Assembly: GCF_036321535.1 (NCBI RefSeq)
Contig: NC_087449.1
Coordinates: forward strand, 29,388,001 to 29,452,000
Source: Camelus dromedarius
Lineage: Eukaryota
DNA length: 64,000 nt
Direction of reading: 5' to 3'
The notes under the pieces are model-generated. The model was not told the DNA's origin. It searched no databases and saw nothing but the letters and a program-made list of their open reading frames with translations. This document shows, piece after piece, positions 47,096-59,740 of the stretch (position 1 is its first letter; each line of letters begins with the position of its first letter). The position numbers were made by a program, and so were the translations under genes.

Positions 47096-48114
47096 TACTT
47101 GCGTTTTCCTTTCTTTGCTTCCTCCTTCTGTTTATGCTCTGTCACAAGGAGACACGTAGTCTTGAAGTCCTTAGGAATGTTGAAGACGCGGGGCCAGGAC
47201 AGAAGGTTTCCACGGAGGGGGAGTTTCACTTGGACCTTGAGCTTGGCCGTCTTCTGCTTCCCTTCCAAGATGCACTCTGCTTTTCTCCATCCCCCTTTCC
47301 CGCCTCCAGAAGGAAGGCCAGCCTGTGTAGACTGCTTCTGTGGGCTTCCTGGCCTCTTGGCCTCTTCTTGGAATTGGCCGATGCTGAGTTCTAGCAGGAG
47401 GCTGAAGGAGGGGCAGGAAGGGGAGGGAAGTTTCTGTGTTTTGACTGGCTTCCAGGCTTCTTCCTGGCTGGGTTGCCTTGGCTAGACTGAAGGCCACTGT
47501 TCCTTTTGAGGTAACTTTCTCTACTGGGTTCCCTCGCAGTGCTGGTCGCAGCTGCCCTTCCCTCCCCCATTTAGGCCTGGGAGAGGCAGCAGTTCTGCTC
47601 TTCTGTCCTGGGGCCCTGGCCTGGCTTTCAGGGTTTCCCTTCAACACAGCCCACCGTTCTGGAAGTAATCCCTGTATTAACTCTTCTGGAATAATCCTAT
47701 TTTGAGTTTGTTGTCTGTTTCCTGTTTCCTGATGGAACCTCAAAGGGTGGGCTGAGTTTGAACAGGGGATGAAGTGTGGCATTGGATAACCTAGGTATGC
47801 TCTGGGGGTCTCTGACCAACCCAGTATGGTGGTAGGAGTTATTTCGGACTGAGCTGTGAGTCTGGGGAGGTGGGCTACACTGGAGGTTGCAGGTCAGATT
47901 GACGTATCAGATTTTGTATCATAGCGGAAATCATTCTTGGTAATGGTTTCCTGATTCATTTTGACAGGTGTATATTGGAAAGCTAATAGGTATATGGTAT
48001 AGGGAATAAATATCCAAAATTTCTCCCTCTTCCTTCTGAAGAATTATTTGCAGACGAAATAGAGGGAAGGAAAGGCAAACACTATGCAGTGAATCTCTCC
48101 TGTAGTACCAGGCA

Positions 48115-48290
48115 ATTTGCATATATCATCTTATTTATTCTTTTCAGCAGCCATTAGGGGCAAGGTACCAACTTCCCAGTAGAAAATGAGGCTCAGAGAC
48201 TTCAAGGAACTTGCCAAAGGTCACATAACTGGGACTCACATAAGTGGAGCCATGATTTGAAAACGCAAGGCTAGTCTGGGAGACAGATGC
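48115..48290 (-). mobile_element. MIR relic
   Basis: agaaaatgaggctcagagacttcaaggaacttgccaaaggtcacataact. Confidence 0.8.
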
Positions 48291-49970
48291 CCATGTTTTT
48301 TTCGTCTTTACCAGCTGCAAGATATGAACAGTGATGTAGTTGAGCGTTCAGATGAGAGGGACAGAGAAGTACAGCCGGGTGTGTGAGCCTCAGGCTTGTT
48401 GGCACAGCCCCTCTCCGCCTGGGAAGGAAAGATGTGACACTGTTAGGCTGCTCCAGGCAGGAACTTCTGCAGGAAGAGTTTCTCCAGAATCTCGGAAATA
48501 GCTGTGCAGCCTGGCATCGTAGAGACTGGGGTACGATTTCCTAACAGGAGGGATCCTGGATGTCTCTCAGGACCAGGTCCTCGTCTTGCTGTTCTCGTTG
48601 TGCAGGACTTTGTTCATGCCCTGCCGCGGGGTACCCTCGGTTTCTACTTCTACTGAAAATGATCTCTCTCCTGTAACTGTGTATCTGTTTCTCTGTCTGG
48701 TGGCCTTTTCTCTGCCTGGTGGCCTTTGCTCGTCTTCAGTCTTTACTTCTGACTCGTAACTTCCGCTCAGTCAGCCCCTTGCTGCCTCTGCGCTTCTCCA
48801 TGTGCATCTTTTCCCTTCAGGCCCCACGACTCCTGGACCAGATCTGTATTAACGAGTTCAAACTCTTGAGAGAGAACATGCATATCTTTCCGTATATCCG
48901 GTCTGGATCTAACCCTTCCTTCCAGGCCAGGTTGTAGCTGCCGGTCAGCCAGTGAACAGTCCTTGGGTAAGGAACTGACTCTTGGTGCAATCAGCTGGAC
49001 CTTGGGAGTGGACGTCTCTGCGGGGCCATTTTCTGTCTATGATAGTTCACCTTCTGGCCCTGAAAGATTCACATCAGCCCTAACACAAAATACACACAGG
49101 GTCTCCCTCTGATCTGGATGATTCAGAAGTCCAGATTCTCCTTATCTAAATTACCTAAATCATATTCTGATGATTAGAGCATGGGCATCTTGGGGTGGGC
49201 GGCACATTTTTTCCTGCCAACCACCAACGCTTACCACCATGTGATAAGCATTTGATATACATTATGTCATTTAATAAACTCACCGTATCTGGTGTCTCTT
49301 CTCAGAGCCATTGTATTTTGCAGTGAGCGCATTCAGGCTCAGGGCAGTTCAGTAACAGGCCCAGCCATAGGGGACTAGAGGGTGGGCTGTGCTTTCCTAA
49401 CCATTAGGAGGCAGGCAGGAGGGTCACCATCTTGGAAACAGGACCAGGGAACTGCCTTGGGCAAAACAGGCAGGCCTTGTAGGCTCAAGAACAAAGGTCC
49501 GGGGGTCCTAAGTCCTAGAAGAAGAAGAAGAAAAATAACAGGCTTAAAAGATTAACGTTGTTTCTGTTACACTAGGGAGTGTCCCTAGCTGCCACAAGAC
49601 AAGAAGCCCAACTGCACATTTTAACCTTCTCTGTTTCGGTGCGTCCTTGCAGACAGTTCTCACGCACCCCTCTCCCCTCACAGAAGCCCGCCCTACTCCT
49701 CATGGCCACCGTGGGGCCACCTGCTGCTCATGATCAGCGAAGTTTGACCATTTCTGGAAATTATCTGTGATCACAAGAGAAACCTCTCCCTTTGGTTAAC
49801 TCACCCCTTCTACTTGGGGAGCTGGCATTTTTTTCCCTCACTTTTTCCCTTGTGCACAAGCTATCTCTTCTAAGAAAAAGCTTTGCTTGCCTGAACGTCC
49901 CGTGGAAGCAATATACATGTCTATGGTATTGCTGTCCATGAATCTGGAAAGGGTGCAGTAACAGTTACGC

Positions 49971-50481
49971 CTGTGTTTCCTAAATATGTTGCTGCGTATT
50001 CAAATCACCTGAGATTTTTAAGCATCCCAATGCCCAGGTCCCACTTCAGATCAGTTACATCAGAATCCCAGGGTGGGAGACAAGCGCAGATAGACAAACG
50101 GACTTATTTACAAAAACAGAAACAGACTCACAGACACACAAAACAAACTTGTGGTTACCAGAGGGGGAAAGGGGTGGGAAGGGATAAATTGGGAGTTCGA
50201 GACTTGCAGATACTACTACATATACAACTGATAAACAGGTTTCTTCTGTATAGCACAGGGAACTATATTCAATATCTTGTAGTAACCTATAATGAAAAAG
50301 AATATGAAAATGAATGTGTGTGTATATAGTGTGTGTGTGTGTAATTGAATCACTATGCTGTATGCCGGAAACTAATGAGAACATTATAAACTGACTATAC
50401 TTCAATAAAAAAAATTTTTTTTAAATAGTCTTTCCAGCTCCTCAGGTGATTCCTGTGTGTGGCACAGCGTGGGAGTCTGCC
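49971..50481. mobile_element. MER5-type hAT MITE split by L1
   Basis: caaatcacctgaga...aatgcccaggtcccac...cagaatcccagggtggg left; agctcctcaggtgattcctgtgtgtggc right. Confidence 0.7.
50091..50414 (+). mobile_element. LINE-1 3' UTR nested in MER5
   Basis: aaacagaaacagactcacagac...aaactgactatacttcaataaaaaaaa; TSD not clear. Confidence 0.9.
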
Positions 50482-53169
50482 TTACTCATCACTAGAGGCG
50501 GGTGTGCCCCGGGAAGGGTGCGCGTGGTCGGGAAAGCCTTCCCTGCAGAGGGGAGCTTGAACTGAGACTGGGAGGCGCTTGTCTGCTTTAGCAGGGAGCG
50601 GGGCGTTTTGTGGAGAGGAGACGGCTTTCCTTGCTGGTGATGTGCTCAGTATTTGCCAAGTGTGATTGAATTTGTAGGTTTCCGTGAGGCGGTTAGGAAT
50701 AAATGCATTCGCAAATCAGGAAACAACGGAAAACAAGAGCTCTTTTGTCGGAGCACCCGTCCCCATTTACGGCTCCAGCAAAACACAGCCCCCGGTTATC
50801 ACTGTTGTGGATAATCTTTGTGAGGGAGATAATTGTGCAAATTGGGTTGCTTCCCGTCAAGTGCGGGTGCTTTTGTGGAGAAAATCTGAGCCATCCGTGT
50901 ATCCCATTTTACAGTAATTGAGATGGGACTAGCGGATCATTAGCGCAGCAAAGGGAGATGACGGGCCCTCTTTTCAAAAGGAAGGTGGAAAAAATTCGAT
51001 GTTTGAGAAGAGAGAATAGAAAGAAAGTAGGATGTCAGTGAAGGGAGAGAGCATGCATGCCCATCTCCCCGCTCTCTGGGCGGGGACAGGGGGCATCTCT
51101 TGGCAGAGGCCTCCCTCGAGTGGGGCCAATAGGAAGGGCTGTTGCAGGTGCCCCCGTGATCCGGACAGGCACTGGGATGTGCACCACCTTGGGATGAGCC
51201 CACGCCCAGGGCCACCCTGGGGACCAGGCAGCTTGGGGACATCTGTTGCTTACTGGGTCTGCTCGCCGCTTACAGGTGTTGGCCTCTGTGGGTCTCTTTC
51301 CCATTGTCAACTTTGAAGATAATGAAATGCAGCTTGTGGAAAGGAGAGTAAATAACAGCGGTATATATTTTACGTAAATCAGCAGGTGAAGCTGCCAAAT
51401 ACAGTGTTTGTCGATTTAAAATCCCCTTCACTGGGAGGACTTCATTAAATACTTGTCTGGTCTTCTTGCGAGACCCCAGGGAATAGCAGTAAGTTCCATG
51501 TTACTCAGACACATCACAGAGGGAACAGGATGGTAGAGGGCGTTCACTTGCGAAGAGCAAACAGACCTGTGAGCTCTGCCTCCTCCGGTGGCGGGTGGGG
51601 TTAAAATGAGGACCAGCATCAGCTAAAAGGCCAGGTGATGAGGGAGGCTCCTTTTTCGCAGTAGTGCTGGGGAACAGGTATGAAGGTCACCTGAGGCCGG
51701 TCCCCACCCTTGGGAGGGTGTCGCAGCCATCAGGCCATGATTCATCTCTCTCCGTACCTTCAGCATGAGCCCGAGGTCTGCTGTGTGCAGAGTCAGTGCT
51801 TGGCAATGAATGTTGAACTGATCTGGTTTACAGAACCTGGAAGTTAATGGCTATGTGCTGAAGGAGTTGGGGATATTTGATTTTTTTTTAATACTATTTT
51901 TTCCCTGAAAATTTATTTATTTAGGACGTCTTTGGAAAGAAAAATTGAAGAGCTTAAGTTTTTAAACTCAGTATCTCCTTCGATGCAGCAGTCTCCCAGT
52001 TGGCCTCCTTGTCCCCAGTTTTGCTGGTCTCCAGTCCCAGGGTAATTCCTGAGCAAGCATCATCTGGAAAGGACCCAAACTGTGCCAGCCACTCCCCTGT
52101 TAAATCCCTGTGGTGGCCTCCATCACCTGCTATAGTTACCACCCATCAATGAATAATTTTTGAAGTCCGCACCTGGCAGCAGCGTATGAATTTTTAGATA
52201 CAAATTTATATACCTGTGCTATTGTAAACCTGCATGTTAAAGTAAGAAACCTTTTTTTTTAGATAAAAATAATTAAAAGTGGATAATTCAGAGGTTGATA
52301 TCTTCACTCCGGTGGGTTTTCTTGAGTATTGCCTGGGCTGCCTGCTCCTTGGTTTGAAAAAGATCCCCATTTTAAAGATGAAGAAACTGAGGCTCAGAAT
52401 GATTGAGTAGCTTATGTGTCTGAAGTTACATAGGCAGTCGGTGGGAGAGGCAGGCAGGATTCCAGCCTAGCCTGTTCAGACAGCTCACTGCTTTGGGTTC
52501 TGCCCTCTACTGATACATTTTTGTAAAATCAGAGGTGAAGGTTTTAGAAGGGTGGGTAGAAGTAGGGCCCCAGGTATTGAAAACACTAATGGAATCATTT
52601 TAACCTTATACACTTGTTTTTCCTGATACTCTAGTAGATTGTGTAATGAATTTTCACGGTGCAATGAATACTCAGTGGAATTCTGTGATCCATTAGTTAA
52701 ATGAAATGTTCCTGAGTATGCCATGGTGCTGTCACATAAATTCCTTTAATATGGCTGAAATCTGGTTCTGACTTTTGTTAGCTTTGAGTTTGATTAAAGA
52801 AACACGTTTGGTTCCTCCTTTTGTCGCCTTGCTGAGGGCTCACTGATAGCTGAGTAATAACAGTGCCTACCTTCTGGAACAGAGGATTTTATTTTCTCCA
52901 AAGTACTTCCACATAATTTGCATTTATTCCCATTCGTTTAATCCCATAAGTTATATCCAACATTATCCCATTTTACAGTTGAGTAAACTGATAAACCACT
53001 TAGTTTTTTAATTCTAGATTTGCCCTAGAAAAGCCAGCCCACCAGATAGCTGTGTAGCAAGATCCCAATTATTTTTTTTTCAATTTAGTTAAAAAAAAAA
53101 AAAAGCATGCTTTGTTCAGAGAGAATTTAAAATAACTTGATTCACATTGTTTTGAGCCTTTGTGGAAAA

Positions 53170-53222
53170 CACTAGAAATTGACACAGCATTGTAAATTGA
53201 CTATACTTCAATTAAAAAAAAA
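53170..53222 (+). mobile_element. Extremely truncated LINE-1 terminus
   Basis: cactagaaattgacacagcattgtaaattgactatacttcaattaaaaaaaaa. Confidence 0.8.
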
Positions 53223-53649
53223 TCTTTGAAAAATAGTATTATTGCTATCATGCCTTAGTATTATGTTCTCAGGATAAGTTAGGGGACATTGAAAATTCCC
53301 TGTGGATTATTTATGTAGACATTGCTGATGTTAACATTCATGGTATCATACAGCATTGATTTTATGAAAGCCTACAGGCCCTTTTCATTCTTTATTTCTG
53401 GTTCAAGGTTATTTGAGCATGGACTTTCTAAAACCTGTAACTGGTCATATTTCCTTCTTTGCTTTGGCCTCTAGGAATCTCATAAATTTCCAGCCTGTCT
53501 TCTGCAAATGTACAGATCTTTTTGGTGGTTTATCTTTGCTTCTGCCTTAGCCTTCGTTTCCAATCCTTCGTTCCTCTTTACTCCAGTTTTCCTCATTTAA
53601 TAATTTTAGACTGTTATAAAGACTTTTTATAAAACTTTCTGTCAGCTGC

Positions 53650-53692
53650 CCTGAATTCTTCTTATTTTTTATTTTTTTCATGTCAGGTAAAC
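53650..53692 (+). other. Strong 3' splice-site-like motif directly abutting a 5' splice-site-like motif (candidate recursive site)
   Basis: ctgaa branch-like motif, AG-free U-rich tract, tcag|gtaaac. Confidence 0.25.
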
Positions 53693-54629
53693 AGAACCAA
53701 CAAGCAGCACAATGGACGTGAAGTCTCAGGCCAAGAGATGTCTCCTACATCTGTGATTTTTCTTTCCTTTCTTGACACACCCATTTGTGGCGAAACAGCC
53801 TTGATTGGGTCTGTAGTGAGGTTGTTAATCTGGACTTTGTGGTCTTCAGAGCTTTAAAGCCAGGGATATGTTCTATCAATGTAGGATTTTTCTTGAAGGG
53901 TTTGGTCAAGGCAAATGATGGCTCTTCGTTTATGAGGACGGTGGTATTTTGTCAGTAGAGAGAGGTGTAGTACCTTTGAATGTCATTTTGCTTAAGATTA
54001 TATAGTGCTTCTGACACCCTCAGCAGAATTAAATAAGTGTTGCCGTTGGGCTCCCGCAAAACCTTGCTCTAGGTTCCTATTTTCTGGTCCCTGGAAAGAA
54101 CAAATGTACAGAATGAGCGAATTTTAGGCATTTTCCAACTGGGCTAGATGAGATTGGTTACCCTTGGCATAATTTTAAAAAAAGAGAGAAATAAAAAGAG
54201 AGTTGACAGATTAAAGTTGTAGTCCCAGAGATGGAGAGGGAGATGGTCCAGCAAAGCCCAACTTTGGCTACATGATTAAAGGAGCTCATAGTGATCCATG
54301 GGGCAGGTAGATGGAAAGTCTCAATGGCCGTTCTTGGCGTGGAGGCAGAGTCTGGCGGGGAATCCAGGGCTCAGGAAGAAGAGACCTGCTTGAAACAACC
54401 TTGGTCCAGGCGCTTGTGCCAAGTCCAGCACTCTGGATCGATACAGGATGAAGTTGGAATCTATAGTAAGAATCGACAGCTATCAACTAGTTTGAAACTC
54501 AGCTAGCCTTGGGAATTGGAAAGCATGCCATCCAGGGAGCTGGAATGGGTCTGAACTCTTTTAAAAAGAGCGAGGCCAGAATTGTTTTGGTTGCGTACCT
54601 CTGTGTCTTAGGGTCTGAGCTAGGCTTTA

Positions 54630-56660
54630 AAAATTATTTTTTAAAATATGGAAATAATTTCAAAATTATAGGAAAAGGTGTAATAAGAACATATTAAAAA
54701 TATCCTATACCCATTACTTACGTTGACCTGTTGCTAATATTTTATCCCGTTTGCTTTATCATTTGTGTATTTGCTCTATGTCTATGCATATATGCATACA
54801 TGTATACGATTTGTTTCTCCTGAATCATTTCGATGGTGCACATATCTTAGCCCTTTATTCCTAAGTATTTGGTGTGTATTCCCAAAGAACAGGTAATGTT
54901 CTTTTACGTAGCCGTAGGAAATTTATCACATTAAATAAATTTAACGCTGATATAATATTCTTACTGAATTTGCCATTCATATTCAAATTTGTCAATTGGC
55001 CCACTGACTTTTTTTCCCCCCTGACTGGCCTCTTTTGTAGCATTTCTTTTTCTCCAATAAAGGAGGATCCTATACACACATTGCATTTAGTTGTTGTACC
55101 TGTTTGGTTTCTTTTAATCTAAAATATTTCCACAGCCTATCTTTGTCTTTTGCTGCGACATTTCTGAAGAATAGACTTTTCTGCACATCATAAGTTCATG
55201 TTTGGATTAGATTCCTAGCCAGGATACTGCGTGGTAGTGATCAGTTCTTCTCAGAGTGTCACCTGATACCCATCTGTTCATCTCTGTTAATATTAATTAA
55301 GAAATTAATTGTTCAATTTCTCCATTATAGCATCACAAATTTTCCTCTTGCAACAGTAAGTGAGGAGACACTTTAAGACCTACAAATGTTTTGCTTCCCA
55401 TCGAAACATTTCTCCAGATTTAGCATGTATTCATTCTGGCCTGACTAAGCCTTACTCAGCTGGCTGCAAAATGTGATTTTATTCTCCTGTACCCCCTCTG
55501 TGTTTTCCAGACAGTACCTGTTCTGCCCTAAGCCTTCCCCTCTTTCCCTCTTTGTTTATCTGTCTGTTTTCAGTATGGATTCCTCTTTTTTCAGTGGTTT
55601 ATTATTTAGTACCATCCTTAAATTATATTGGTGTTTCAGTTGTTCCAGATTGGGCCAGTGGGAGCTCCTCCGCGATGGCGTCTGTATCCTTGTGACACTC
55701 CCGCATCATTGGTGTTTGTTTTGAGCACTTCCTTACTTTCTGAAGCGAGATATTTCAGGCTCATCTTGTACCTACCCTGCTTCAGCTCCAAAATCACCCA
55801 TTTCTCTATGAAACCCTGGTTCCTTTTACTGGAGAATGGTAGTAGAAACAAAAATCTAGGTATTAAGGTATCACGTTGTCACTGGGGTATCTTTGGTCCT
55901 GGTCCTATCAGAACCAGGAAATTCTATGCATGTAAACATGGGTATATGTACACCCACATACAGATGCATGTATATTTTATTAACCATGAATTTACCCTGA
56001 GATGTCCGATTTCCACTCTGTGTCTCCACAGCGCTCTTTCCTTCCTTTCCCCTTTCCGTATTTTAATGTCTCTTTTTGTGTACTGAGAATCTCGGTTCCC
56101 AGGAACATCAGAATGTTTACTCCTTTGCTCAATCCTATAGTACATTAAAATTGTTAAGTAATTTGCCCGTAACGCTACCCAAAAAAGCCTACTAAAAAGA
56201 ATTTGAGGTTTGTTTGCAGCTCCCCTTGCCCTGACCCTGTTCAAGACTGAGTGTAAACAATCAAATTCCGTGTTTGTAAAGTTACTTGTCCTGGTTCTTT
56301 CTCTCTCACCCCTTCAGCAACTGTTTATGATGGTCCTTTGAAATACAATTGGATTCATTAGTTTCAGTCCACTTCCCTTTTTAGCCTCTTCCCCACTTGC
56401 CATCCCCGTTAAATTAATTTTATTTTATTTTTTTCAAATATATAGAGCATTAATATGCTTCCATATGTGGAAATTAAGCAAAAAGCTATATGCTGAGAAG
56501 TATCGCCCTCTGCCACATCCTTCTGCCTGGTCACCCATCACTCCACCACCCAGGATCTCCCCATGTAGTAAAAGCAGCTTCGCTGTCTTCTGGTCAGTTT
56601 GGCCTGTGCTTCTTTTTGTAAAGATAAGCAGAGTTAAGTCTCCTCCTTTCTTACACAAAA
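54630..56660 (-). mobile_element. Old LINE-1 3' region (L1MC4-like, possibly with an L1ME-like piece)
   Basis: aaataatttcaaaattataggaaaag...cctaagtatttggtgtgtattccc...cacacattgcatttagttg...catgtttggattagattc. Confidence 0.7.
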
Positions 56661-57049
56661 ACTAGGGTGCTGTGGATTGAGCTCAACTTTGAGCTACCCC
56701 TCATTGATCTTCCAAATCTTACACACTTGGTAGTGGTCTTCCCATTTTACTGATGGCGAAACTTCATCTGTACGGTTGCACACCTCTGTGCCTTGGTGAC
56801 AAATGGCCTCTTTTCAGTGCTTTATGGTTTGGATGAAGCTGATTGAGATGCCCCAAATCACAGAACATGCAGTGGTAGCATATGTAATTTTTAATCCATA
56901 TAATTGCCACCACTTCCAGGAAATTTGCCTCTTCATCTGGTTTTTAAGGTTGGATTGTCCTTTTAGATTGGAATTTGCAGTGTCCTTAACATAACACATA
57001 AGGCTTAAATCAGGGGGTAGGACCAGGCTGGGAGGATTGTTTTTGATGT

Positions 57050-58090
57050 TTTGTATTTTATTTTTTAAATTCTGGTGAAATTCACATAACATAAATTTGG
57101 GCATTTTAATGTCTATAATTCAGTGGTATTTATTTATTCTATTCATGATGTTTTTCAACCATCACTTCTGTCTAGTTTCAAAACATTTTAATCTACAGGA
57201 GACCCTGTAACCATTAAGGAGACACTCGCCCTCCTCTGTTTCTCCCAGCACCTGGCAACCACTGATCTGCTTTGTCTTTGTAGATTTATCTATTTGGGAT
57301 ATTTTGGATATAAATGGAATCATACAATAGGTAACCGTTTTGTGTCTAACTTCTTTCACTTGCTATATTGCTTTGGAGGTTCATCCATGTTATAGTGTGT
57401 ATCGTATCAATACTTACTTAATTCCTTTTTACGGTTGGATAATATTCCATTGTATTGATATACCACATTTAAAAAAATTGAAGTATAGTTGATTTACAAT
57501 GTTGTGTTAGTCGTTGGTATACAGCAAAGTGATTCTGTTGTACATATATATGTATATTCTTTTTCATATTCTTTTTTGTTACAGGTTATTACAAGCTATT
57601 GTATATAGTTCCATGTGCTATACAGTAGGACTTTGTTGTTTATCTATTTGGTATATAGTGGTTTGTATCTGCTAATCTCAAATTCCTAATTTATCCCCCC
57701 TTTCCTCTTTGGTAACCATAAGTTTGTTTTCTATATCTGTGAGTCCATTTCTGTTTTGTAAATAAGTTCATTTTTGTCATTTTTTTAGATTCTGTATATA
57801 AGTGATGTCATATGATATTTGTCTTTCTCTGTCTGACTTACTTCACTCAATATGAGAACCTCTAGGTCCATCCATGTTGCTGCAAAATGGCATTATTTCA
57901 TTCTTCTTTATGGCTGAGTAGTATTCCACTGTGTGTGTGTGTGTATACCATAACTTCTTTATCCAGTCATCTGTCCGTGGACATTTAGGCTGCTTCCATG
58001 GCTTGACTATTGTAAACACTGCAGCTGTGAACATTGGGTGCATGGGATACACCACATTTGGTTTATCCGTCCCCCAGCTGATGGACACCC
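57050..58090 (-). mobile_element. L1MB-type 3' UTR, interrupted by younger L1
   Basis: ggcaaccactgatctgctttg...aaatggaatcatacaatag; resumes gtttatccgtcccccagctgatggacac after the nested L1. Confidence 0.8.
57471..58045 (-). mobile_element. Younger LINE-1 3' end nested in L1MB
   Basis: TSD gataYaccacattt at 57457-57470 and 58046-58059; PMFTAAVFTIVKPWKQPKCPRTDDWIKKLWY matches ORF2p. Confidence 0.93.
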
Positions 58091-58184
58091 AGGAGGGTTT
58101 TGAGTGAAGTTGTCGGGGAGAGCAGCTACCTTGCCCTGTGCTTCTTCCTAGATACATGACCAGGAACAAGCCACTCAAGTGGCT

Positions 58185-58315
58185 TGTGCCTTATTTTCCT
58201 CACGTGTCAAATGAACATAATAATAATATCTACCTGTTCAAGTGGTTGAAGGATTGGGTATGATCCTGTATGAGAAGCTCTTAGTGTAGTACCTGGCTAC
58301 TAGTGGGACCGCATA
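58185..58315 (+). mobile_element. MIR relic
   Basis: tgccttattttcctcacgtgtcaaatgaacataataataatatctacc. Confidence 0.65.
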
Positions 58316-58344
58316 ACGAGCTATTTTACGGTAGGATTGTATGA

Positions 58345-58362
58345 GGGGCGGGGTGGGTGGGG
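58345..58362 (+). other. G-quadruplex motif with 1-nt loops
   Basis: ggggcggggtgggtgggg. Confidence 0.65.
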
Positions 58363-58560
58363 AGGAGAGAGGACACAAACTTGGGTTACAGTAGGTGTTG
58401 TGGTGTGTGTTTGTGTGCTTGTAGCTGCTCAGACCTTTGCGCTTTGTTTAAAAGACAGGGCTATCTGTTTTCCCTGCGTTGTGGTGCCGTGTGTTTGGCG
58501 CCCCCCTCACCCACCTCCGCCCCGTCACTGAACATGGGATTTTACATTTAGAAGCCGTTT

Positions 58561-58692
58561 NNNNNNNNNNNNNNNNNNNNNNNNNNNNNNNNNNNNNNNN
58601 NNNNNNNNNNNNNNNNNNNNNNNNNNNNNNNNNNNNNNNNNNNNNNNNNNNNNNNNNNNNNNNNNNNNNNNNNNNNNNNNNNNNNNNNNNNN
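58561..58692. other. Assembly gap (132 N) in unique sequence
   Basis: N run. Confidence 0.95.
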
Positions 58693-59277
58693 AGCATTTG
58701 AAAATTCTCGGCAAGCCTGAATTTAACTGATAGGGTTTCACAGCTTTTACTGGGGAAAAACGATTTGAGTTGTCACATGGCTTCGGGCCCTCGAGGACTT
58801 TAATCTCCTTAATTACAAAGAAACGAATTTCCTAAATAATTCGGAGCTACTTCACAGTGTTCGCTCAACCTCTGGCTCTTGGAAGATTAAAGGGGATGCC
58901 AGGGTCCCGGCCGTGGAACCTTCTCCCTGTCCTGTAGCTTCCTTATGTGAGTTTTTATTCGAAATGAAGCTGCTTTCTTTTCATTACTGATACGGGGCCG
59001 TGCTTCAGGAATTCACAAGTAATGCCTGTAACACTCAAACACAAGCACATTTTGTCAAACAAGTGACACTGGCGATGCCCACACAAGAGGAAGAGATGCT
59101 GTATTGTGGTTTTTACAAAGTCAAAGGGGAGGAAAGAGCCCAAATCCAATCCAGTAATTTATCCTTTGATTTTTAAGAGTGCTTGAAATTGTGTTAAAAC
59201 CATATATTTCAGTTCATTTTGGTATTAATGGATTAGGTACCTACTGTGTGCCAAGACCAAAGTGATGGAAATACCTT

Positions 59278-59379
59278 TATTTAATTTATTTGTATTCTTT
59301 TAATGGGGGTACTGGGGGATTGGACCCAGGACCTTGTGCGTGCTAAACGTGCACTCTACCACTGAGCTGTATCTTTCCT
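59278..59379 (-). mobile_element. Vic-1-type SINE
   Basis: ggtactgggggattggacccaggacc...ctctaccactgagct; TSD-like tggaaatacctt / tggaaatggctt. Confidence 0.88.
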
Positions 59380-59569
59380 TGGAAATGGCTTAGATTTTTC
59401 TATTTCCTGCAATTTGTCCTTAGAAAGCAGACTTAACCTGCCTTAGTTTCTCCCTCTGTGAAAGGAGCATAGTAATATAAACTTGTGGTCACATACCATC
59501 CATGAGACCTTGAGTCTGTGTTTGACCTTGTATTCCTGTGTTGAATAACACAGGAAATTGTTAGTGCCT

Positions 59570-59740
59570 AGTATTTATTAAGTGCTTATCAGGAAATGTG
59601 CCAGACACTCCTCCAAGCATGTTACATGTGTGATCCTACTTAATTTCCACTGCTGCTGCATGAAGTTTGATACTGTTAACCTCCTTCTATGGGTAGAAAA
59701 ACTGAGGCAAAGTGAGGGCAAGTGACTTCCTCAATATCAC
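59570..59740 (-). mobile_element. MIR relic
   Basis: cctccttctatgggtagaaaactgaggcaaagtgagggcaagtgacttcc. Confidence 0.75.

Noticed and set aside
47171-47782. 203-aa minus-strand ORF
   Set aside because: Pro/Arg/Gly-rich random-like composition in repeat-derived sequence; no domain recognised.
48480-49960. Possible additional old LTR fragments
   Set aside because: LTR-like composition, but I could not assign a family, ends or TSDs.
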